Origin: Octopus sinensis
Taxonomy: Eukaryota
Assembly (NCBI RefSeq): GCF_006345805.1
Contig: NC_042999.1
Location: 113,026,001 to 113,090,000, forward strand
DNA: 64,000 nucleotides
Direction: 5' to 3'
Each line of letters starts with the position of its first letter. The stretch's first letter is position 1. Of the stretch, positions 54,378 to 64,000 are shown piece by piece. The notes under the pieces were generated by a model. It worked only from the letters and a program-made list of their open reading frames with translations. It was not told the origin of the DNA and made no database searches. A program made the position numbers and the translations under genes.

Positions 54378-55145
54378 GGTTGTCTGATCAATAAGCATCC
54401 GGACTGTTGCTATAGTAACGAAGGTAAAGTAAAACCGCTTGGCGCAGGTTGATCCTGAACTCTGCTCTGCATGCGAACTAAGTTTTAACGTACTAGTTCA
54501 CTTTCGCTGTTTACAGCAGTGCTTGAAAGGAAGGTGTGCAGCGTTTGACCGTCGCATTAACCATGACAGAAAAAGTTGAGCTGAGAATCTGCATCAAATT
54601 TTGCCAAAAGCTTGGTGATACCTGCTCAGAGGCCTACGCAAAGTTTTCAAAACGTTTTCAACGTTCTAGACACAATCATTGAAATCATGAGCAACTGAAA
54701 CCCGAGTGTCTTTTTGGTCAGCTGAAAGTAGTTTTGGCACAAACTTAGCAGACACGCGTCTCATACTCAAATCTTCCGTGATAATGGACTGAACTGAACC
54801 CTAACTAGTCTTCACATCCTCTAATAACTCACGGACAGTGATTCGACGATTTCCTCTCACAGCTGCACGCACATCTGCGATGTTTTTCTCAGTTCTACTG
54901 ACTGCAGGTCTTCTAGAACGTTTGTCAATATCGACTTTTTTCGGCCATCTTGGAAACCTTTGAACCACTCGTACACTTGTGTGCGGCCCATACACTCTTC
55001 TTCATACACTTCCTGCAACTTTGCGCAGACCTTTGAGCAGGTATCACCATGACAGAGAAAGCAATGCGAGTATCACACGCTACACACCTTCCGTTTAGCG
55101 TCGTTACTATGGCAATAGTCTGAATACTTACTGATCAGACCCCCG
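54376..55145. mobile_element. mariner-derived element made of two inverted 5' halves
   Basis: Ends GTCTGATCAATAAGCATCCGGACTGTTGCTATAGTAACG and CGTTACTATGGCAATAGTCTGAATACTTACTGATCAGAC. Plus strand encodes MTEKVELRICIKFCQKLGDTCSEAYAK; minus strand encodes GDTCSKVCAKLQEVY..TQVYEWFK..NRRITVREL..MRRVSAKFVPKLL. Confidence 0.87.
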
Positions 55146-55153
55146 TATATATA

Positions 55154-55189
<36 letters not shown>

Positions 55190-56659
55190 TGTATGTATGT
55201 ATGTATGTATGTATGTATTTATTTATTTATTTATTTATTTATATTTATATATATATGTATACACACACACACACACACACATATATGAGTGTGTGTGTGT
55301 AAATAGTAAGAGATTACTCCAAACGTTTACTCGTTTGTTCTCAGTTAGGTATTCAAAATATGTTATTCAACAGTTGATATATAATTCCAATAATATTCTC
55401 ATAAGATAAGAATTTAGAGATATATAAGAAGAATTAAAGGTAATGTTATGCCACTTCGTAATCATCCTTGTTATTATTATTGTTGATACATACATACACA
55501 CACGAAAGCGCACGCGCACACGCACACACACTCTCTCTCTTACACATATCAGTATGAGCCTCCCTGATTATTTTTGATTAGACAATGCATGAAATACATC
55601 ACTGTACTATTTCTATATGGTCTGTAAGGCCCAGTAGTTTACAAATTCTTGTACACGGCCTAAATATGTCTAAAATCACTATAGCAGTATTTGATTAATC
55701 TAAAAGTCTTGTAATTAATTTAAGTCATGCTGCCACTTATATTTATCCCATCTTCTATTTCATAATCCAAATAAAGATTTAAAGGTTGCATGTGATGTGT
55801 GCTCAGTCCGTGAAAGAATATTGCTCAATATCTGAGATTGTAATTTTGTTAAAAGCACTTTTCTTAGAGAAAAAAAGACAAAAAAAAAAAAAACCCTACT
55901 AACTTGGATGGCGTGTCTAAGCAAATTTTATTCCGCATAATAATCTGATTTCTCGTACCTTTTTGGATATCTACTTTAATAGACGTCTAATCAGTGATTC
56001 TTCTTTCTCTCCTTCAAAAGATACGGTGAGATTTATGCTTCGCTAATAGATCATACATTCGAAAAACATATTCCGAGCTGTCTGCCATATTTGCTTAAAT
56101 AACAAAAAAAAAAAAAAAATATTAGCTATTGCCTAACATTGTTTTTTCCTCATTACATAATTATTTACATTTAACATGTTATGTTCCTTGTATTAAATAG
56201 GTTAGCAATAACTAAACTATGTAGAGCCGAATAAATGGAAGTGATACGAGTGCAGCGTATTGTAGGTCAGAAGCAAACTTTGCCAAAGTCGGTAGTGTTA
56301 AAAATTAAAAAGTTACAAATTATATTAAAAATATAAATTGCAAATATATTTAAAAATATTATATACCTGAAGTACAATTAAGATATATATTGAAAATGCT
56401 GTACCTAATGAAATTTTAATGATTAAATTAGAAGCATATCAAATCTTACAATATATCTAAATAAATATTATAGAAATTATATTAATTGTAATAATTTAGT
56501 GAAAAATATATCCCTGTCAATACTAGTATAATAAAACATATTTCATGTCAAATGTGAGTTAATAGTCTAGAATAAAGATTAATTAGTAAATACAACTTGT
56601 TAGTTAGAAACTTAGTGAATAAAAGATATAAAAAAGGAAGATTACTTTACGACATAAGA

Positions 56660-56717
56660 TTTAAACCTGCTAGTTCAAGAACAAATGGCCATTTGCTCTT
56701 GAACTTGCAGGATTAAA
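56660..56717. repeat. Loopless imperfect palindrome, ~29-bp arms
   Basis: TTTAAACCTGCTAGTTCAAGAACAAATGG|CCATTTGCTCTTGAACTTGCAGGATTAAA; TTAAACCTGC is repeated immediately after. Confidence 0.8.
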
Positions 56718-58899
56718 CCTGCATATATATTAAACATGTTTATACATATAGATATATGTATAAAAAACCCCACACACACTCACACACACAAAATATAAAT
56801 AATATATATAAATAATTTATACATATAAATAATATATATATGTATATAAACATATATAAACATTATATATACATATAAACATTATATAGAATAAATTTAC
56901 AAACATATATAAACAATATATGTATATATAAACCTATATAAACATGATATATATATATATAACATATATATATATATATATATATATAAACATATATAAA
57001 CATCATATATATATATATAAACAAATACTCATACATAAAAACAGAAGCTGAAGTTACTCTTTAGAGTAAAATCGTCATCCTTGTACACACACATATATGT
57101 ATACATATTATATATGTATATATAAACCTATATAAACATGATATATATATATATATAAACATATATATATAGACGTGAAAGGACTCAGGGCAATATCGTT
57201 TCTTCTCAGTGTGTCTAATTTAGATAAACTTATAACACATTCGCGTGTTCATACAGACGTTCAGGATAACTAATTCACTGAACACGCTTTTCTCTTTTTC
57301 AAAACTGAAATAGTATCATTTTATTCGTTTATTAACATATATTTAAATAACACCTTTTTTTCCCTCTTTAACTCTCTTCTGTTACTTTTTATACATCAAA
57401 CAGTTCACATTTATTTTCTTTCTCTTCTCTTTATTCACTACAGACATTCCTATGTTCACAGCTGCTTCTTAAAATTAAGAAAGTAAAAAACGAAAACATG
57501 AAACAAAAAAACAAAACAAAAAAAAAACAAAACAAAAGCAAAACGCAAATAAACGAAAAACACGAAAACAAGCAAAGAACTCCTTTAGTCTATGTAATTA
57601 TATTTTTAAAAAATCTAACGAATTAATTTATGCAGTCAAGTGATAAACCTCGCCCAAATTCTTTGACTATTCTGTTTTCAATCATTTACCTTCTGAACAA
57701 TTACTTTGTAAAGCAATATAAGAAATAATTTCACAATATTTGATATCTCCAACATTGAGAATGTAGCCTCAGGGTATTATTTCAAAATAGTTTGAACCAA
57801 TCCCATTTATTGTACATGTCTGTATATATATATACACTCGCATACACATGTATACACACTCACACAAATGCTTCAACAGAACAAACTATTTAAAATTTAT
57901 TTCAATATTTGATACTATCAATTAATTTTTTTCTTTTGCGATTCGTTTAACCTTCCCACTGTGTGATCTGTGATCTCAGGGTAAGACAAGTCAACGAAGT
58001 TAATTTAATGATTGTATTAAGCTCTAAGCTTTCAAACACGGGCAATACGTAATTCCTTTCTAAGTAATTAACTGCTGATAAGAGATCTATTATATTTGTT
58101 GTACCATTATTTTTCTAAGTCGACATTTGTTTTCACAAATATCTTTCAACATGTAATGATTTCTTACATTACATTAAACATATAATAAATACGAATAAGA
58201 CAAATGAAAATAATGTCCAAAGGTCTCTTTTGAAACAGAAAAATCAAAAGAAAGTTTAAAAAGTAAAGGAAAAAAAGGCATAGATACTTTGAAAAAGCAA
58301 TTAACTACATTCTTTTATTAATGTTAGGAAACTTCCTAATCTTGTTACTAAAATCACATCTCATTTGAAAAAGTTGTTTATTGAAGACAACTGCAGTCTT
58401 GAAGATAACTATGGTCGGGTTCACCATGGTCATGAGAAAGTGAGAGAAAAACGTGTTATAGTACAAAATTTGAACAATGACGAATTAAATTTTGGCCGAC
58501 TCTTGCTAAAGACAACTTTAGATTGCAGAAAATGAGGCCATTCCTTATAAATAAACATTTTCAACGAAAATGCTTTTAATTCTTATGAAGGGTGTAGAAA
58601 CAGCCACATATTTTATTGCTTAGTAATATTCTTATTTTTGAAAATATTTTTCGAAGAGTAAAACAGAAAAAAACAACTTGACTTTTGAACAGTTTTAACC
58701 TATATCAAATTTTTTGCTTTATCAGATAAACACATGAATATATCATTGATAGACTAGGGAAACCAAATTTTGCATTTGATGCTTTCAAGCTTTAAGTAGA
58801 TGTAAAAAAAAAAAGAATCAGTTATCAACTATCGATTCAACATATATTACCTATCATCGACTGATCATTGTGTTTTATCTGAAAATATCACATTATAAA

Positions 58900-59250
58900 T
58901 AATATTATAATTCTATAATAGGTGAAGTCCGACTTGCCTACTCGAAACAATTCTGTCACAAAACAGTGTATCAAGCTGCATATATTGCACTGTCACTATA
59001 AAAGATATATACAACGAAGCCAAAATATCTAAAGATCACCTAGGGGCAGAACTTTACAACCATAGTCTGGCCTAATAAGAACATATCTTACAATTACATA
59101 TCTATCAAAAAATAATCTACAGTATAACCATAATACCAAGTCTTTGTTTAACTTATTTCGATGTGCTAAGATGTAAATGCTAAATTCCGAGAAATGTCAC
59201 TACTCAACTTTGTTTGCCTCCAGTTTCAAAAATACCCATTGACACAAGAC
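58900..59250 (+). mobile_element. Possible very old PLE GIY-YIG remnant
   Basis: Weak motif echoes (TVYQAA, LCLT, MLNSEK) in different frames. Confidence 0.25.
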
Positions 59251-60215
59251 AAGCTTGGGAGGTAAAATAACCCGATTGTCATACTATCGCACAAAATAAA
59301 ACTTAGTTGACACATTAAGTGACACATTTCTAAACTGAAACAGGCTATAAAATACTGAATCTATGGGCTATAGGAAATCATTCCATCATTTAATTCCTTG
59401 CAATGAATCTACTGACTCAAAACATTGGAAGATAATTCATTGATATATTTACTGCTAGTGCATTTCTTGACTTCGTTGTTATCTAATTGGCAGATTCGTT
59501 AATTCATATAAGAAGCCATTTTGGAGCAAAAAATATATCAGTTGCTTTAAATCCACTCGATTGATTTGATTCTTTCCCTTTCGTTACATTTATTCTTTTT
59601 CATCTGCTATATATTCCGTACTAGATCCCCCTTCATCTCCAGAAAGCATCTCAAAAGGTCCTTATCGTTGTGTTTCAGGTACAAAAATTTAAGGAATAGC
59701 TAAGATTAATGCGGCTTACTTGAAGTTCGAAAAGGTGTTTCTTCTTCAAGACCGTCCGTAAAAGCTTTGCTAGCTTCTTCAGTAACAGCAGATACTTTTT
59801 ATAGATTTCACATCTGGTGCTAGATGGTCCTAGAGCAAATCCCACCTGATCCATTGCAACCATTAGTGTCCTTATTTAATCACGAGTAAAGCATGCTATG
59901 TTGAAAAAAGAGTGTAGCATCAGTGGTGACAATTGGAAGGGCAGTCCGCCAGTGGAAGGTTTCGTGCATATATCTGTATTAGACGCTTCATTTTTTGTTA
60001 TAAAAAATAAGTTTTTATTCTGCAATATCATCGCCCTTCTTAATTTTATTCATTATTTGACTTCCTGTATCTCATATATATATTTCAAATGTGACATCCA
60101 CTGAGGGAACTTTGTCCTTAAGTCTTTTGATTACTATCGTGAAATAATGTTTATAATAACATAACAGGATGGTTGTTATTCACCATCAGACAAGCTTATT
60201 GCATAATGGGATTAT

Positions 60216-60269
<54 letters not shown>

Positions 60270-60570
60270 TATATTGTATGTATATATATATATATATGTA
60301 TGTATTTGAGTATATATATATATATATATATAATATTATATATATATATATTATATATATAAAATGTGAAATAGAAAGATGAATAATCTTGTTGCAGATT
60401 AATCAAAGTTTTTAACCGATACCTTGGTAGCAAAAATCACAGCAGAAGACAGCACGGTTGGAGGTACAACCATACGGTGTTGCAACCGTGCGTTGGTGCG
60501 GATAATTGAATTTTAATATTATTAGTGAATTGAAGAAATGGAGTTGAACGAGATTGAACAGAAATCGTTT

Positions 60571-60663
60571 TATTTCATTCTACACGTGTTTCGAAAGGCA
60601 CAATTTACCAAATTCCGATTGAATAATGAGACCATATTGTGTCTTTCTCTTCAGGAAGAAATA
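60571..60663 (-). ncRNA. Type I hammerhead ribozyme (intact core)
   Basis: Minus strand reads TATTTCTTC-CTGAAGA-GAAAGACACAAT-(31 nt)-ATTGTGCCTTTC-GAAA-CACGTG-TA-GAATGAAATA. Confidence 0.82.
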
Positions 60664-60972
60664 GGAAACCGTTGAAAAAACAAAAACAGAACAGAGGCGG
60701 AGCAAAACAAATCGAACTAGGCTCCTAAGAGCCCATGGCCAAACTGTTTATCAGTGTATGTTGAAAACGGGTGGGGGTGCGTTGAAGATTTTAACGGGTT
60801 AGGCAGCGGTCATTCCGGTGGGTGACCGCTGCCTGACCCGTTAAAATCTTCAACGCACCACCACCGTTTTCAACATACACTGATAAACAGTTTGGCCATG
60901 GGCTCTTAGGAGCCTAGTTCGATTTGTTTTGCTCCGCCTCTGTTCTGTTTTTGTTTTTTCCAACGGATTTCC

Positions 60973-61062
60973 TATTTTTCCTGAAGAGAAAGACACAATA
61001 TGGTCTCATTATTCAATCGGAATTTGGTAAATTGTGCCTTTCGAAACACGGTAGAATGAATA
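60973..61062 (+). ncRNA. Type I hammerhead ribozyme copy (1-nt loss in helix III)
   Basis: CTGAAGA at 60981-60987 and GAAA at 61043-61046, followed by CACGGTA instead of CACGTGTA. Confidence 0.65.
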
Positions 61063-61109
61063 AATAAAACGATTTCTGTTCAATCTTCGTTCAACTCCAT
61101 TTCTTCAAT

Positions 61110-61177
<68 letters not shown>

Positions 61178-61467
61178 ATATGTAATATGTATATATTTAT
61201 ATATATACACATTTAAATTATTATATATATATACCACATTTATCAATTTGTGTTGCAAAATTCCTGATGTGAATCGTGTGTTGAAACAGATATTGTTGTA
61301 TTTCAGGACGGTCATTTTTTTTGCCAAATAAACACACGCACTATATATTTTTCTTCACTCGTTTTTAGTTTTTATGTTATTATTCTAACCTCATGTCCAT
61401 TGTCCGGAAATCATTCGTCACACATCTGTGACGAAATATATATATATGTGTGTATATATATATGTGA

Positions 61468-61519
<52 letters not shown>

Positions 61520-61581
61520 TGTATATATATGTATATATATGTGTATATATATGTATATATATGTGTATATGTATGCATATA

Positions 61582-61644
<63 letters not shown>

Positions 61645-61778
61645 TTTGAATTGTTCTTTTTGAACTTATTTTTCCCATATATATATATATATATAATATA
61701 TATATAATATATATATACTATATATTATTTGGTGAATTGAAGAAATGGAGCTGAACGAAGATTGAACAGAAATCGTTT

Positions 61779-61870
61779 TATTTCATTCTACACGTGTTCG
61801 AAAGGCACAATTTACCAAAATCCGATTGAATAATGAGACCATATTGTGTCTTTCTCTTCAGGAAGAAATA
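61779..61870 (-). ncRNA. Type I hammerhead ribozyme copy (GAA instead of GAAA)
   Basis: Same motif as 60571-60663 with one A missing, possibly a homopolymer error. Confidence 0.65.
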
Positions 61871-62465
61871 GGAAATCCGTTGGAAAAAACAAAAACAGAA
61901 CAGAGGCGGAGCAAAACAAATCGAACTTGGCTCCTAAGAGCCCATGGCAAAACTGTTTATCAGTGTATGTGAGAACCGGTGGCTGAAGATTTTAACGGGT
62001 CAGGCAGCGGTCAATCATGTGGGTGAGGGTGTGTAGATGTTCTTTGTGACCGAGAATAAAGTTCTGACTATTTAAGGAATATGGATGTTTTATAAGGGGC
62101 GAGAAAAAATCTACTTAGAGACATGTGTGTGTATACTGTTCTATATATGTGTGCTGGCGTAGGGGTAGAAAACATTTTTGTGTACGTGTGTGCGTTTGAT
62201 CGCTCGGCTGTCAGTGGCTAAGCCGCTCTCCACAATGGCTACTGCAGTAAGAACCGTTGGGTGGCAGAGAAAAAATATATATTATGTTTTATGTGTGTGT
62301 GTGTTCGTCTGAGCCTGCCTTGTCAGGTAACCCCCCGTTGTCAAAAAACCAAGCCCCGTTTATCTTACAGGAGTAATTCCCCTTGCAGTGGTTAATCGTA
62401 AATATCTTAAGGCTATTTCAGAATTTGTTACCAAGGGCTATGGGTGCCGGTATTATTTATAAACG

Positions 62466-62829
62466 CTATTTAAAAGCCAGATAAGTGTAACGCCGCCAAT
62501 GGGGGCATCGAAAAGCGACTGTAAAAGTCCGTTTACCATCCGGCCTTGGCAAACAAAATATGGAGAGTTCGGAGACACAAAGGTTGCACTGCCTTCTGCC
62601 CCTATCAAATGGGAGGGCCACCGAAAATTGACCATTCCAGCCTGTAGCTTGAGTTCGTATCCTTCAGTCGCCATATTAGCTTGCTGAGTCCCGTGGTCTG
62701 GCGCTTGTTTATGTCCCGAAAAGTTGCGTAATGGTTGGAGACTCGCAAAGCCAATCTTGACGATGAGGCCCTACAATAGTGAAGACAATCTGAGTCCGTG
62801 TAAACCTTGCATTGGTAGACGGCGTTTTT
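62466..62829 (-). pseudogene. PLE GIY-YIG endonuclease C-terminal remnant (Neptune-like)
   Basis: KNAVYQCKVYT..(VG)..LALRVSNHYATFRDINKRQTTGLSKLIWRLKDTNSSYRLEWSI..PFDRGRRQCNLCVSE..FRCPHWRRYTYLAFK* across frameshifts. Confidence 0.85.
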
Positions 62830-62902
62830 GATCTTGGAGTTCGCCGACGTGAATCTTATTCTGCTAGGATTAGTTTCTGAAATTAGAACTGCGTTCCTGT
62901 CC

Positions 62903-62995
62903 TATTTCTTCCTGAAGAGAAAGACACATTATGGTCTCATTATTCAATCGGATTTTGGTAAATTGTGCCTTTCGAAACACGTGTAGAATGAAATA
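62903..62995 (+). ncRNA. Type I hammerhead ribozyme (intact core)
   Basis: CTGAAGA at 62912-62918, long helix II, GAAA at 62974-62977, palindromic CACGTG, GUA triplet with predicted cut after 62985, helix I TATTTCTTC/GAATGAAATA. AATAAA overlaps the 3' end. Confidence 0.85.
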
Positions 62996-63207
62996 AAACG
63001 ATTTCTGTTCAATCTTCGTTCAGCTCCATTTCTTCAATTCACCAATAATATTTTAATTTCAATTATCCGCACCAACGCACGGTTGCAACACCATATGGTT
63101 GTACCTCCAACCGTGCTGTTTTCTGCTGTGATTTTTGCTACCAAGGTATCGGTTAAAACTTTTGATTATTAATCTCTGCTACAAGATTATTCATCTTTCT
63201 ATTTCAC

Positions 63208-63258
<51 letters not shown>

Positions 63259-63387
63259 GAAAATATAAGTTCAAAAAGAACAATTCAACTTTTGAGAGGT
63301 CCAAAAAGAGAGATTAATGATTTCTAATAAAGATTCATCATATTCATAAAAAGCAGCCAGAGTAAGTAATATCAATATGAGAATAGT

Positions 63388-63728
63388 AGTTGAAAAATAT
63401 CGTTATAGTTATAAATATACTATAAACATGTATAAAAAATGGAGGAGAAAAAGATGTTGAATCAAAATTAGATTTAATGCAAAATTGGATTCAATACATA
63501 CGCATATTTTAATGGACAATACAAATATGTAAGAAATACAATACAAATATGTAATTGTAAATCATAGTAATTATAATTTTTTTCTTACATATTTGTATTG
63601 TCCTTAGAAACGTGCGTATGTATTGAATCCAATTTCGTATTAAATCTATTTTGATTCAACATTTTTTTCTCCTCCATTTTTTATATTTTTTATGGTAGAT
63701 TTTATACCTATAACGATATTTTTCAACT
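63388..63728. repeat. Older, diverged fold-back palindrome in (TA)n, ~150-bp arms
   Basis: AGTTGAAAAATATCGTTATAG...CTATAACGATATTTTTCAACT. The loop duplicates ACAATACAAATATGTAA. GAAACGTGCGTA (hammerhead-like 3' half) lies at 63607-63618. Confidence 0.8.
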
Positions 63729-63748
63729 TATATATATTTAATAATATA

Positions 63749-63807
<59 letters not shown>

Positions 63808-63842
63808 CTATATTATATCTATATATCTATATATGTATATAA

Positions 63843-63880
<38 letters not shown>

Positions 63881-64000
63881 TAATATAGTATATATATATA
63901 TGTATGTATATATATATGTATATATAGTATATATATATGTATGTATTATGTATATATGTATGTATATATGTATATGTGCATATATATGTTTGTATATATA

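Larger units (their letters stand above)
60361..61115. mobile_element. PLE pseudo-LTR fold-back palindrome in (TA)n (arms 60523-60812 and 60823-61115)
   Basis: ~290-bp arms with a 10-nt loop. Same sequence as the pLTRs at 61725-62012 and 62901-63210. The left extension 60361-60522 is the reverse complement of ~63045-63210. Confidence 0.9.
61725..63210 (-). mobile_element. 5'-truncated Penelope-like element with 3' pLTR and inverted pLTR
   Basis: Minus-strand GIY-YIG remnant, 3' region and pLTR (~62012-61725), with an inverted pLTR copy at 62901-63210. (TA)n on both sides. Confidence 0.88.

Noticed and set aside
61258-61310. Hammerhead at CTGATGTGAATCGTGTGTTGAAACAG
   Set aside because: Position 9 is T rather than A, and helices I-III do not pair convincingly.
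62453-62687. ORFs 62453-62674 (-) and 62499-62687 (+) as independent small genes
   Set aside because: They are alternative frames or the antisense of the frameshifted GIY-YIG remnant.

Overview
AT-rich, microsatellite-saturated animal genomic DNA with one 100-N gap. The repeat families look like octopus/coleoid cephalopod, from my recollection rather than a search. I find no convincing host protein-coding exon. The window is almost entirely transposon-derived. DNA transposons: a near-intact IR/DR-type Tc1 (DD34E), a second Tc1 fragment, and three mariner relics, one built from two 5' halves. Non-LTR retroelements: two Hero-like RLE relics, two RTE-clade fragments (one 5'-inverted), an ORF1/gag-only relic with a CCHC knuckle, three tRNA-derived SINE families (some inserted as multimers), and Penelope-like elements (PLEs). 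The most striking signal is a set of about eight near-perfect fold-back palindromes, the long ones sitting in (TA)n tracts. The largest cluster (60361-63210) is PLE pseudo-LTR sequence next to a GIY-YIG remnant and carries four copies of a type I hammerhead ribozyme with an unusually long helix II. Other palindromes carry variant hammerhead-like cores, and their turning points suggest snap-back or template-switch synthesis. Protein-family calls come from hand translation and motif recall, and boundaries of decayed elements are approximate.
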